DNA from: the human T2T-CHM13v2.0 reference genome, Homo sapiens
DNA length: 64,000 nt
NCBI RefSeq assembly: GCF_009914755.1
Contig: NC_060945.1
Direction: 5' to 3' (one strand)
Below are positions 13,650 to 27,310 of the stretch, piece by piece; within the stretch, counting starts at the first letter, position 1, and the number at the start of each line of letters is the position of its first letter. Both the position numbers and the translations under genes were made by a program. The notes below the pieces were generated by a model. That model made no database searches, was not told the DNA's origin, and worked only from the letters and a program-made list of their open reading frames with translations.

Positions 13650-14760
13650 TTAGAAATTATATGTAAAAATAGCACATATTTAATATATACATTTTAATGA
13701 GTTTAGACTTTGTATACACCCATGATACCATCACCACAATTAAGATGCTTAACGTAGCTATTTTTTTCTTTTCTTTTCTTTTTGAGACAGTCTTGCTTTG
13801 TTGACCAGGCTGTAGAGCTTTGGAATGATCTCGGCTCACTGCAACCTCCACCTCAAATGTTCTAGTGATTCTCCTGCCTCAACCACCTGAGTAGCTGGGA
13901 CTACAGGCATGCGTCACCAGGCCCAGCTAATTTTTTTTTGTATTTTTAGTAGAGATAGGGCTTTGCCATGTTAGCTAGGCTGGTCTCAAACTCCTGGCCT
14001 CAAGTGATCCTCCTGCTTTGGCCTCCCAAAGTGCTGGTATTACAAGTGTGAGCCGCCATGCCCATACCTTTCCTTGTTTTTGTGTGTCTGTGTCTGTAAT
14101 TTTTTCATTTGCGATGTGTATGTATATGTGTGTGTGTGCACGTGTGTGTGGTAAGAACAGTTATATGAGATATATCCTCTAAAGGGCTCAGTATGGTGTT
14201 GTGAATTGTAGGTGCTATGTCATGCAATGGATCTTTAGAACTTATTATATAACAGAAATATTATAGCCATTGAGCAACAATTTCTCATTTTCCTCTCCCC
14301 AGTCTCTTGCAACCTCAAATTTTTTTCTGCCTCTGTGAGTTTGACTATTTTATATACCTGTGACAAACTGAATCATGCAATATTTGACCTTTGCTGACTG
14401 GCTTATTTCACTTAGCTCAGTGTCCTCAAAGTTCATCCTTGCTGTCACATATTGCAGGATTTCCTTTTGTTAATGCTGGATTATCTTCCATTGTATGTAT
14501 ATATCATTTTTAAGAATACATTAATCTATCAATGGACATGTTGCTTGTTTTGGCTATTGTGAATAATTCTGCAGTGAATATGGGAGTGCTAAAAATTCTT
14601 TAAGACCCTGACTTTGGGCAAATACCCAGAAGTGGGATTTGCATATAATAGTTATATTTTTAATTTTTTGAGGAACTTCCATACTGTTTTTCATATTGGC
14701 TGCATCATTCTACATTCTCGCTGATAGTGTATAAGGATTCTAATTTCTTCACGTTTGCCA
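13650..14760 (-). mobile_element. L1M (L1MA/MB-type) 3' fragments, interrupted by an Alu
   Basis: 'gactggcttatttcacttagc...gttcatccttgctgtcac...ggctattgtgaataattctgcagtgaatatgggagtg...aaatacccagaagtgggatt'. Confidence 0.75.
13761..14068 (-). mobile_element. Alu (old, Jb/Sz-like)
   Basis: T-rich tail then antisense Alu dimer; 'ctcctggcctcaagtgatcc'. Confidence 0.93.
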
Positions 14761-15721
14761 ATTTAAAAAATTAACAAATGATGTGATTGTGTCAAGAATT
14801 GTGATCATTTCAATATTTGGTATTTCTTGCCAAGTACACCCACAGAAAATGATTTTCAATTTTATAATTGAAAATAATAAAGAAACCGTTACTGCATGGA
14901 TGTGTAGTCACTTTCTCATTCCTGATGATAAGAGATAAATGGTACATGATATCACTCACTATAATGAACAATTTACTGGATTAAACGTTATCTTTTTGGT
15001 TATTTGAAACTTTTTACGGTTAAATATCATTTTTACACTGTAAATTAAGAACATATAATTTGATGAATTATTATACTGCAAAAAGTCGGGGCAGGAGATA
15101 TAGCCTCCCTGGAAACATTCTACATGCCTCTTCCCAATCAGAAACCCTCTCTTGCTAAGAACAATGACTAGCCTGATTTTGCAGTAAATACTTCCTTTCT
15201 TTTCTTTATAGTTTTACCACCAGTTGTGTGCCACTTAACACTACAGTTGAGCTCTTCTATTCCTTATTCCCCTAAAGTATCCTTTAATTGTCTAAAGAAA
15301 CTATGTCTAGATATCTTTGTAATTAAGTTGTTGAAAAGCCATTGTATTTTTTTTTTCTGTAGAGTTTCCTTCATATATATCTACATGGTATAGGTTAGTG
15401 TGACTCTCTATAAATTAATAACTAAGTTGAGAGACTTAATCAGAATTAAAGTTCAGTTTTTTTGCTTGTCTAATTTATAGGCGGTAAGTTCTTCAACAGG
15501 AGGCATATACCGTAATTCTTTCTTTTTATAGTTTTAGCAGTTCTTAATGCTCCAAGTCTAAATCCATTTTTCCAATAGGTATTGAAAAATGATGATATTA
15601 TAATTTTATTATTTCTTCTTCAGCTGTTTGCCTGAAAAAAGAAATATCTATCATTTGGTTACCCAGTGGTTTCATCCTTATTAAAGAAGCACTCCATCTC
15701 TTATTTTCTTTTAATTACTAA

Positions 15722-16150
15722 TGGCCTTAATCTGCTTGTGTTGCTATAAAGAATTACCCGAGGCTGTGTAATTTATTTTAAAAAATGGTTTATTTGTGTC
15801 ATAGGTCTGCAAGCTGTATAAGAAGCATTGCAACAGCATTTTCTTCTGACAAGGGATTCAGGCTGTTTCCATTCATGACAGAGGGAGAAAGGGAGCTGGC
15901 ATACAGAGATCATGTGGCAAGAGAGGAAGGAAGATAGATAGGAGGAGGTGTCAGGCTCTTTTCAACAATCAGATATTGTAGGAACTAAGAAGGAGACCTC
16001 ACTCACTCCAGTGAGAATGGCACCAAGCCTTTCATGAGGGATCTCCTTGCATGATCCAAGCACCGTTACTAGGCTCCACCTCCAACACCGGGGATCAAAA
16101 TTTCAACATGAGATTTGTGGGGCCAAACAAACCATATTAAAATCATAGCA
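15722..16150 (-). mobile_element. MaLR LTR (MSTB/MSTA-like), solo
   Basis: 'gttgctataaagaattacccgaggctg...ggctccacctccaacaccggggatcaaaatttcaacatgagatttg...catagca'. Confidence 0.88.
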
Positions 16151-17143
16151 GTAATTTTTTAAAGAATGAATTGGGTCTCTAACATTGACCAAAAGTTATG
16201 ACTTTATTATTATTATAATTTGCAATTTTTTATATGTAAACATATATGATGGGGTTCAATCTGCAACCATGCTTTTCCTTAATTATCCCTAAATTATTCC
16301 TTCTTTGGATAGGGGACACCTCTTCAAATTTGCTTCTGAGTCCTTTGGACATGGCCCTGTCATTGGGTATGAGAAGATGTTCTAGGCACATACTGGTCAC
16401 TTTCTGACCTGGGTGTGGGTCAACTATACTTCAAGAAGCCATGTTTTGTTTTACTGAGAAATGACATTTCAATCTAATAACTAGGAATAGTTCTTAATAC
16501 TGGTTTGGTTATTGTTTCAAGCCATTTTCAGTTGGCAGAGCAATACACGGAAAAGCATTAATTGACCTCTGACACTGTGACTTGCAATTCAGGACTAAAG
16601 ATTGCTTACTTAATCTCTTCTACCCTATGGATGTATCATTTTTTCATCATTTTAATTATATTTAAATTGTTTATTTTGTGTGTTTTCCCCATTTACGGTT
16701 GTAAGTATACCACGAGATATACAGCCATCAAAATGTATTTTATACCTCTTACATCTCTTATAACAAGTATTCTTAGTTCTACATATATATATATTCAGTG
16801 TTGTGCACTAGTTTTTATATATTCTGATGTCTTTCCAGTCATTAGAATTGTTTGAAGCACATTCAGTGACCTCTCAAAGTCTCATTCTATGAATACTTAA
16901 AATACTCCACGACAGTTTTTCAGGCGCTTTTATATTTGAAATGTGTTTAATTGGAAAATAAATCTGTAGCTCATATGTTCTTTTATTAACTGTTAAAAAA
17001 AGATAATTTTCTCTTTTTCTCTGGCCTCAGTGTTACTCTTGGAAAGTCTGCTGATAATCTGGTTGTATTTTATAATTCCTTTGTTTTGTTGATTTTGTTT
17101 GTCTGGATGCCCAAAGCATTATCTTTTCTTTCTTTATAATCCA

Positions 17144-17576
17144 TGGTAGGCACTATAAAGTTTCCCAAAGATGTCCATCTCTTAATCTCCAGAACCCGTG
17201 AAAATGTTGTCTTTCATGGAAAATGGGACTTTGCAGTTGTGATTATGTTAATGATTTTGAGACAGGGAGGTTAACCTCGATTATCTGGGTGGCTACAATG
17301 TAATCATAAGGGTGCTTATTAAAATAGAGGGTGAAAGAAAGGATCAGAGTGAGAGAAAGAGACGTAATGTTGAGGACAGATGGGGAAGTAATATGAGACT
17401 GCAAGCCTAGGAATGTGGAAAACCTCCAGAAGCTAAAAAAGTCAGTGAAGATACAGGTTTTCGCCTAGAGCCTCCAGAAGGAACATATTGACTTTTGACC
17501 TCCAAAAGTGAAAGATAACAAATTGTGTTAGGTTTGAAGTCTGTAGCATTTGCTGTAGCAGCAATAAAGAAATGCA
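17144..17576 (+). mobile_element. MaLR LTR (MLT1D-like), solo
   Basis: 'cccaaagatgtccatctcttaatctccagaacccgtgaa...gggactttgcag...ctagagcctccagaaggaac'. Confidence 0.8.
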
Positions 17577-17779
17577 AGGTCAACTATACTGGAATATGTA
17601 TCAGTGTTAGTTGTTCTTGATTAATTTCCTCCAATAAATTGATGTTCTCTTTCAAAATGTAATTTCAGGGACGATTTTGAATAGTAGCATTTTTCATTTT
17701 CTTTTTTCTTGCTTTGGTTGTTCTTTGTCAGAAAAATCTATTACATGTGTGTATGTGTTGCCTATGTTTTAATTTGTCC

Positions 17780-18068
17780 TTATTTATTTATTTATTGAGT
17801 AGGAGTCTTGCTTTATCACTGATCTCAACTCACTGGAACCTCCGCCTCCCAGGTTCAAGCGATTCTCCTGCCTCAGCCTCCCGAGGAGCTGGGATTACAG
17901 GCACCCACCACCACTCCTGCCCGGCTAATTTTTGTATTTTTAGTAGAGACTAGAGATGAGGTTTCACTATGTTGGCTAGACTGGTCTCAAACTCTTGACC
18001 TCAGGTGATCCTCCACCTCAGCCTCCCAAAGTACTGGGATTACAGTTGTAAGCCACCATGCCTAGCCC
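17780..18068 (-). mobile_element. AluS with (TTTA)n tail and ~20-bp deletion in the right arm
   Basis: Antisense Alu lacking 'caggctggagtgcagtggc'; small duplication 'tagagac tagaga'. Confidence 0.92.
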
Positions 18069-18621
18069 TTCTTTCTTAAATAAATTTTGTCTTTTTATTT
18101 CTTTTAATTTTAAAAGCTTTCGCCTTTTAATCTTTTTCACATACAATATGATTTGTTTTTGTTTGCTCATGTGTTACTCAGAGGAAAAACTTCATTCCTG
18201 AAATGATTTTCTTTAACTCTTTCCAGAGTTCACTAACATATTTATGCTGTTTTTTAACAACTTGTTTTCATTTTTATCTTCTCTTTTTTTAAAATTATAC
18301 TGTTGGATTACAGTGTTGTATGTTCAATTGACGTATCTTTAGAATATATTTTATTATTTATAAATATATAATTCCAATATATACTATTATTAATTTTTAA
18401 AATGATAATTTTGTGTGTTATGCCCTTAATCAGGTTTCTTATTACATTTTTACTGTGAATTAGTTTTATTAAATTCTAGAAGAGAAGAATGGTTAAAGTT
18501 AGCCTGTCTAATTTTGTAGTTCTAGAATTTCCTCCACCGCTAGTTTTGTGAAAAGTTCAAAAATATTAGCTTAATTTTCTTAACTCTCCTGAAATTGCTT
18601 AAGTTCCAAAATTTTATCTAA

Positions 18622-18985
<364 letters not shown>

Positions 18986-19109
18986 AGTTTTGATTTTTTT
19001 ACCTTAGATTCTCCTCTGTAAGAGACTTTTCCCAAGAGTCTAGATTTCTTCAAGCCCTTCAGACTTTACTATAAATTATTTGCAACCAGCTGTAGGTGTT
19101 CACACTTAC

Positions 19110-19680
19110 TTATTCAGACAACCATTTATCTGATTTTCTCACTGTAGATTAGTTTTGTCTACTCTAAAACAATATCAATGGAATGATATTGTACATACTC
19201 CTTTTTTTGGCTTATTTTATTTAGCAAAACAATTTGTGATTCATCTAGTGTATAAATACTCTGGATTTTGTGTATCTTTTCACCCATTGATAGATATTTG
19301 GAGTCATTTCTAGCTTTAAATATTTATAAAATACATGGGGTAAATATTTTTGCACAAATAAATTAGAGACTTAAGTTTTTATTTCTCTAGGATAAATAGA
19401 AAACTAGATTTGCTAGGAAATACGGCAAGGGAAAATAAATTTTATAAAAATATATCAAGCTATTTTCCAAAGTAATTTTAATGTTTTCAGATCCCACCAG
19501 CAATATATTAGTGTTAAAGTTGTTCTACGTCCTTGCCAACTCTAGTGTTGTTTTTATTTTTTAAATGTTTGTTGACACTTTTTTTAATTGAAATACTGTT
19601 CTATTTATTCTAGATACAACTCTTTGTCAACTAAAGGTGTTTAAATTATTTTCCATTCATTTGTGCCTTTATTCATTCAG
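19110..19680 (-). mobile_element. Ancient L1ME-type 3' fragment
   Basis: 'ctgtagattagttttgtctactcta...tattttccaaagtaattttaatgttttcagatcccaccagcaatatattagtg'. Confidence 0.55.
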
Positions 19681-19694
19681 TACAGGGTTTTAAA

Positions 19695-20057
19695 AATCTT
19701 AATTACTATGGCTACAAAACGGTTATATATATTTATGGGGTAGATGTGATGTTTTGATACAAGCATGCCATGAGTAATGATCAAACCAGGGTAGTTAACC
19801 ACCTCACGCCTTTGTAATTTATTTATGTTAGGAACATTCCAATTCCATTCTGTCAGTTATTTTAAAATATACAATAAATTATTGTTCACTATAGTCACCT
19901 TATTGTGCTACTGAATACTAGATATTATTCATCCTATCTAACTGCATTAATTTGTACCCATTAACCATCACCGCATTCCCCTCCCATCCCTGCCACCTTT
20001 TCCAACCTCTGGCAACCGTCATTTCACTCTCTAGCTCCATGGGTTCAATTATATTTA
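19695..20057 (-). mobile_element. L1MA-type 3' end
   Basis: 'tatttatggggtagatgtgatgttttgatacaagcat...aaaatatacaataaattattgttcactatagtcacc'. Confidence 0.8.
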
Positions 20058-20390
20058 AAGGGAAAAATAAGTTAGGCCAGGGAATATAATGCAGAGCTCT
20101 ATTATCTCTGGAATATCTTCATTTTTCCTTTCTTTGTTATAGAATCATATGCAAATTGATGTTCTATAGGACATACCACATTGTCTTATTTCTTATAATT
20201 CTATAACTAGATTTATTTAAAAACATAATTTGAGTCATAGAACACATGATAGTAAGTCAAGAAAAACATTTTAAGAATGTTAACAATTTTTAAAATGGGT
20301 GATTTTGGGGTAATCACACCTAATTATGACATTAACCTGGAAGGCCTTCAAAAGAATGTATACATCAGAAATTGATGCATTATGGGAAAT

Positions 20391-20442
20391 ACATAGAATT
20401 TCAAAATATGTTGAACACATAGAATTTTAAAATATGTTGAAA
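20391..20442. repeat. 26-bp tandem duplication
   Basis: acatagaatttcaaaatatgttgaac / acatagaattttaaaatatgttgaaa. Confidence 0.85.
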
Positions 20443-20481
20443 TAAATCATTTGAAGCACAATTCTCATAGATTCAATATTA

Positions 20482-20917
20482 GTCTATTCGTTTCCCAGGA
20501 CTGCTATAACAAAATACCATAAATAGGGTGGCTTAAAATAATAGAAACCTATTTTCTTATAGTTCTCAAGACTAGAATTGTAAAATCAAGGTGTCAGCAG
20601 AGTGGTGACATTTGAGGCTAGGGAAGAATCCTTCCTGGGCTCTTACTAGTTTCTGATGGTTATGGTCCCCGTTGGCATTCCGTGGCTTGTAGATATCACT
20701 TCAATTAGCTTCACCTGTTACATGGAATTCTCCCTGTATGTCTCTGTGCCATTACATGGCTTTCTTATAAGGACATCCATTGTCGAATTCAGGTCGACAA
20801 AATCAGTATGATTTCATCTTAACTAATTATATCTGCAAAACCCTATTTCCAAATAAAGTCACATGAGTTTCTGGGTGGACATAAATTTTATTTTTGGGTT
20901 AGGGACACTTCATTACA
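20482..20917 (-). mobile_element. MaLR LTR (MLT1B/C-like), solo
   Basis: 'ctgctataacaaaataccataaatagggtggcttaaa...atcaaggtgtcagcag...atctgcaaaaccctatttccaaataaagtcaca'. Confidence 0.82.
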
Positions 20918-21190
20918 TTGCACTTAGTAATATATCTTTTTGAGGCAAGAGAGCCACATGAGAATATAGCTTGTAACTTATTTTTAAATATTTTTCTATC
21001 CAAAGGAATCTTCATTTTATTCAAGTTAATCTTATATGAAGCATCATGAAATAGAATGAAAATGGTCAAAGCTCATCTGATTGCAACAGAATTCAGGGTA
21101 AGAAGCACTAAATCACAGTACCCTCGTGGCTTTCCTTTCGTCTGATAGTGCCTAGAAGACACAAGAGCTTAGCTTGAGAAGTCTATTGTT

Positions 21191-21650
21191 TTTTTTTTTT
21201 TTTTTTGGGAAAAGTAAAATTTTATTTCTTCAGTGTCTCAAGAATAGCCACTGTTAACATCTTAGTGGTCTTTTAGATTTTATTTTATGGATATATTCAT
21301 ATATATATGTATATGCACACAAATATCCATTTATATAATGTAAACATTTTATATTGTTATATGACTTTTCCCATTTAACATTACATTATGAGCCTTTCCT
21401 GTGTCATTAAATATTACTGAGGTACATGAGGATTAATAGATACATAATGATTTAATTATTTTCTGATTATTACATGTTAGGTTTCTTCTAGTTTGCCCCT
21501 CTTATATACAGTTCTCTGATAGAAATTCATACACGTAAATCTGAGCATTTCTGACAGTTTTCTTTGGTCAGATTCCTAGGAGGAGATTATCGAGGTAAAG
21601 TGTTCTTTTTTTTTTAAAATGCATTAAGGGCAGAAAAGAAAAAAAAAAGA
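21191..21650 (-). mobile_element. L1-mediated retrotransposed insertion of non-canonical RNA (orphan 3' transduction or 5'-truncated retrocopy of a transcript 3' end)
   Basis: Perfect 15-bp TSD gagaagtctattgtt (21176-21190, 21651-21665); poly-T 21191-21206; AATAAA on minus strand (tttatt 21221-21226) 14 nt from the tail; TT/AACA nick site. Confidence 0.85.
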
Positions 21651-22522
21651 GAGAAGTCTATTGTTAATTGGATTGATGTTTAGCAGAATCTAAGGGCAGA
21701 AGAGAAAATACTTCTCAAATATCATATGAACTGAATATTTCTTTTAAAGTGGTAACAGAATTGCTGACAACAGTTCCGGCAAACATAAAATTAATAATTT
21801 TAGCCACTCTGTCTTTTTTGGCACAAAGTGATTCTATATTATATTGCAGACATTCTGCCTTACCTTGGGTATTTTCAGAAAGTAATGAGAAATGTCATTC
21901 AAGGATGTTTGAAGAACTGGAGATCAGAGAGCAAAAAGTCCTTTGATCTTGCTTTGAGTAAAGGAGATACCGAATTGGCAAATGTTACTATAAAATACAA
22001 TAGAAATCCCATTAACTGAAAAAAAATTGTATACTGGCATGATGCTCAATAGTAAAAATAGAGTTTATTATCACATAACCTTAGTAACAATTCAAGCTCC
22101 ACAGGAAAGCTAAAAATCAACTGGATTATACAGCCTTTCAAGTCACTATAGAATATAACTTCAGTCCATTGCTTTAAAGTTTTGCTAAAAAAATTGATGG
22201 AACAACTTTAAAATTAAAACCATCAATATTGTTTTGTGCATTTCAGCAATGGTCACTTGATATTAATTGATAATAGGAATGTTGGAGCTACTATGATAAT
22301 CTAAAACAGTCTTATATCCCTTAATAGCTCCCAGTGTGACAACAACCGAGGAGAGAAGCAGTATTTCCAAATATATTCAGTGATGATCTAAGTCTGTAAC
22401 TTATACCACTTTCTTTATATTTCAATATAACAACTTATTCATTGGTGCAAAGGAAACATCCAGTATGCACTATTCAACCTGCTGATTAATTTACTAGCCT
22501 GTTAACTCAAGAAGCCCCATAT

Positions 22523-23020
22523 ATTCACTCATTCATTCAGCAGTTTTCTTTGAGTTATCACGGTTTCAGTCAGTATTCTAAGTTCCAGAGGCACTTGACT
22601 AAAGAAGATGATAGACAAAAACTTTGCCTTGTGGAAATTACAGGTTAGTATGGGAGGCAGACAATAAAAACAACAAAAAAATAAGTTACACAATATTATA
22701 GAGGCTTGTAAGTACACGCAATAAATTTGAAGCAGAAATTGAGAATTAGCTGCACGTATTGAGTTGATGTAAATTGTAATCAGGGAAAGTCTCACTGAGA
22801 AGATGGCATTTGACAAAAAATTTGAAAGAAGTGAAGTGGGAAACTATGAGGATATGTGTGAAAGAGGATTATAGGTGGAAGGAATAGCCAGAGTAGAAGT
22901 CCTGAGTCAGGAATGTATCTCTTGAGTTTAGAATTAGCAAAGGGGACAGAGTGTGTCTCTGGTGGAGGGAGATGAGAATAGACGAGGTAGGAGAGATGAC
23001 CAGAGGCCACATCATGGAGA
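22523..23020 (-). mobile_element. L2a fragment
   Basis: 'attcactcattcattcagcag...gggaggcagacaataaa...cagggaaagtctcactgagaagatggcatttga'. Confidence 0.8.
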
Positions 23021-23054
23021 TGAAGCTATATGCTCATGGTCACCCAGCCAGTGA

Positions 23055-23416
<362 letters not shown>

Positions 23417-24556
23417 CATGTTACTCAGACTTTCAATCAGGTTTTTCCATCTAACATTACGAATATATTTTAGATAATTCCATATGCAAATATACTAATA
23501 CAGATAACTGAATATGCTATTAAAATATTTCTTTTATTTGTGACCCTAAAAGTTTAAAAATTTACTTGGTATAGGTATAAAATGATTTCTTCTATCTTAG
23601 ATATGTAACAAAAGATATTTGATAGAGATGGTTTCTGCATAATAATATTATTTTAAAATATCAATATTTTTGATATACAAAGAAGACTAATTTTGGAATA
23701 ATAGTATCCAAGAATACAGTTTATAATGCTCATCTTTCAAGAGAGCCCTCATGTATCTTACTCCAGATATTTTGCACCCACATGGTACCACAGTTGGTCT
23801 GGATGTCAAATAATATATGGCAGAAGTAAAATATGTCACTACTAAGATTAGGTTATAAAATACTGATATTTGATATTTTCATATTGCATGTGCTCTCTCT
23901 CTTTCTGTCTCTTTCTCTCTCTCTCTCCCTTCCTCTCACTGTTGCTCTCATCACCCATTCTGTGACAGCCAAGAGCCACCAAAGAACTGATGTCTGCCAA
24001 AACCCATATGAAGGATCTTGCATACAGGTTCACAAGCCTCATTTGAGCTTTGAGGTGTCAGACTCACCAGCTAACAGTTTGGGCGCAATCTCTTAGTTTC
24101 CAGAGCCAGAAGTTCTCACGTAAGCTACTCCAAGAATTTCAATCTTGACCCACAGAAACTGTAAGTGAAAAGAAATATGTGTTGTCTTAAGCTCCTATAC
24201 TTTAGGATAATTTATTATTCAGCAAAAGAAAGCTGATTTTTTTCGGAACCAAAATTTCTGTTTGGAACCAAAAGTGAGATGCAAGAAAACAAACTTGAAA
24301 TGTGAGAGTGAGTTTGAAACTAGAAAGTAGACCTGGAGGAGAGTTACAGTGAAAGCCCAGAGTGCTTTGAGGGAACTGTTAATGGAAGACTTACGCTCTT
24401 GGATAAGGCTGTGCATAACAGGGTTGCAGAAAAGTGGGACAGGCATTATTAGAAATTAGAGAAAGGAGATTGTTTTAATATAATGGCAGAGAGCATAGCA
24501 ATACCATACTTAACTAAAGTTAATTAGCAAGTCATAAATGGTTGACCAGGCTAATG

Positions 24557-24890
24557 TAGTCATATACTGTGACACATTTGAAATCTTATTCTGCTTTGCA
24601 AGCTAACAATGGAGACTGCCACAATTCCATTGATGCTAGCAGAAGCTATCCAACTCCTAGGTCAGAGAAAAAGAGCTTTTTTTCCTCAAAATACTGAATG
24701 CACCACAAGTTTCACATTTGCTTCAATGTTCCTTGTTCCTCAAGTCCCAGGGGTGATGCAGTGGCTCAGGGTGATGTTGCATAGGAAGAGAGTTTTGTCA
24801 CAGGGAAAGAACTATTTTAAAAACAAATAAAGAAACAGACAAAAACAAAACCAAAAAACTCCCTATCTTATGAGAGAACTGTTAGCAAAC
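24557..24890 (-). mobile_element. ERVL LTR40-like fragment
   Basis: 'ttgcaagctaacaatggagactgccacaattccattgatgctagcagaag...actcctaggtcagaga' matches my recall of LTR40. Confidence 0.6.
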
Positions 24891-27310
24891 TGTGGTAGAC
24901 AAAATAACGTTTCCTCTCAAAAATGACTTTGTGTTAATGTCTAGAACGTTACTTGTGAAAAGAGACACTGCAGGTGTAATTATGTTCAGGATATTGAGAT
25001 GGGGAGGTTAGCCTGAAATATTCAGGTGGATACAAGGTAAGAAGAAGGGTCCTCCTGAAGAGTGAAAGAGAGAAAGGAGAAGAGTCAGTGTCAGAGTGAT
25101 GTATCATGAGAAAGACTTGAGTGGCCATTGCTGGTTTTGAAAATGGAAGGAGCTGAAAAAAGCAAAACCCAAAAACCAAACCAAAACAAAAAAACCAAAC
25201 GGCTTTTCCCTAAAGCCTCCAGAAAAGAAGGCAACCCCGCTTGTACTTGGATTTCAGCCCAGTGAGAGCCATTGTGGACTTCTGCCCTCCAGAACTGTAA
25301 GATCATACGTTTATGTTGTTTTAGATCACCAAGTTTATGGTACCTTGTTATAGCAGTCTTAGGAAACTGTTACAGTCTACAGTACCTAGAAGTTGTGTGC
25401 TGCTCTAACAAATTAAAACAAAAAAAAAACTATGAAAGTGGCTTTGGAATTGAAAAATGGCCTGAGGCTGGAAAATTTTGATGATCGTGCTAGAAAAAGC
25501 TTAGATGGGCTTGTATTGACTGGTAGTTGAAATACAATCATTTAAGACTTTGCTGGTGAAACTTCAGAAGAAACTGATGATCATGGCACAGAAATCATAT
25601 GTCACCTTAGAGAATTGCTAAATTATTTTCTGCAGACTATGGTTAAAAATATGGACCTTAAAGGTATTGCTATTGAGGGCTCAGTGAGAAATGAGAAATA
25701 TGTTATTGGAAACAGGAGGAAAGGAGGTACTTGCTATATAGCGGCAGAAAGCTCAGTGGGATAGTGTCCTACAATTATGCCGAGAGCAAACTTTGTAAAA
25801 GAAGAACTTGAATAGTTAGCTGAAGAGATTTCCAAAGAAAATGTTAAAGCTGTGATCTGGTTGCTTCTTGGTGCTTATAGTAAAATGTGGGAGAAAAGAC
25901 ATACACTGAGGGAAGAATTATGAAGTAGAAAGAACCAAAACTTGATTATTTGAGAAATTCTGAGCCTATTCAGATTGCAAAAGATGCTAAATTTAGAGGT
26001 TCACTGTCAAGAAAGCATACTTTAAAACTAGCATTTGACTGGAAAGCTTTTTGTAAGTGCCTAAGAAGAAACTAATAGTTACAGTGTTATTCACATAGAA
26101 GTCTCTTGAAAGATATTAGTGAATCAGAGACTAGCACAGCTATCTGGAAGAAGACAGGAAGAGAAACAAATCATTCAGAAAATATCTGTGTGATAGTATC
26201 TTGACTAACAGAGCGAATTCCCATGACATATACAGGAGACTTACAAGGGTTTTAACAAATTTTTACCAGCAGAAACTCTACCAGCTGAGATAGAAAGAGA
26301 CTGAGAAAGGAAGAAATAATAAGAGAATGTTGGTCCCAAAATTCTACAAGCACAAAATGGATATTACTTAGCTGAGAACATGTCCTGCATTTCTTAAAAA
26401 GAAGAGGTGGCTCCAATGGCAGAGCTATCATCCTCTGAGCAAGTAGAGCCAGGAATCAAAGAACATTATTACTAGGTCTTGAGACCTTGTGTCATTTGCC
26501 CAACTGGATTTAAAAATTTTGGACTGTTGAATATTTGTTTTTCTTTCATTTTCTCACATTTTAAAAGGAAATATATATAACTGCTATTTTATCCTCAACT
26601 ACTATTGCATGTTGGGAACAGATAACTTGTTTTCTAGTATCACAAGCCCACTGATGGGATTAATTACATCCAGAGCTTTATTCATACCTGATTTAGATGA
26701 TTTAGAGAGTAAGATTTGAGACTTTGAGCTGAACACACATAGATGAGATTTTGGATTTAAATTTATTCATTAATTGGTTGAAAATTTGGAGATGTTGCTG
26801 TGGGGTGATTGCATTTTGCAAGTGGGATGGAACTGAATCTTTGGAGTCCAAAGAGTGGAGTACCATAAGCAGAATAATGGCCTCTCATTGATACCCATGT
26901 TCTAAACTCTGGAACCTGTGAATACGTTATCTGTCTTACATGGCAAAAGTAACTTTTCAGAAGTGGCTAAATTAAAGATCTTGAGATAGGGATTATCCTA
27001 AATTATTCTGGATTACCCTGTAATTACAAGGGTCCTTATAAGTGAAATAGGAAGGCAGACCATTCAATCTTAGGGTGAGTTAGTAAGAGAAAGACTGGAT
27101 CAGCCATTTATGGCTTTGAAGATTCAATGGGGCCATAAGCCAAAGAATATAAGCAGCTTTTAGAAGGTGGAAATGTCAAGACAATTGATTCCCCTTAGAG
27201 GATCTAGAAAGAAATGCAGCTGTTCTGACATTTGGATTGACATTTTGATTTTGGCCCATTGAATTAAATTTCTGATTTTTGACCTTCAGAAATGTGAGAT
27301 AATGATGTCA
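24891..27310 (+). mobile_element. MaLR provirus (MLT1D-like): 5' LTR 24891-25374, internal ~25375-26860, 3' LTR ~26861-27310 (3' end lost)
   Basis: LTR starts tgtggtagac and ends ggaaactgttaca; MLT-int 'gtggctttggaattg...gaggctggaaaattttga'; purine-rich tract 'aaagagtggag' before the second LTR 'gcagaataatggcc'. Confidence 0.8.
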
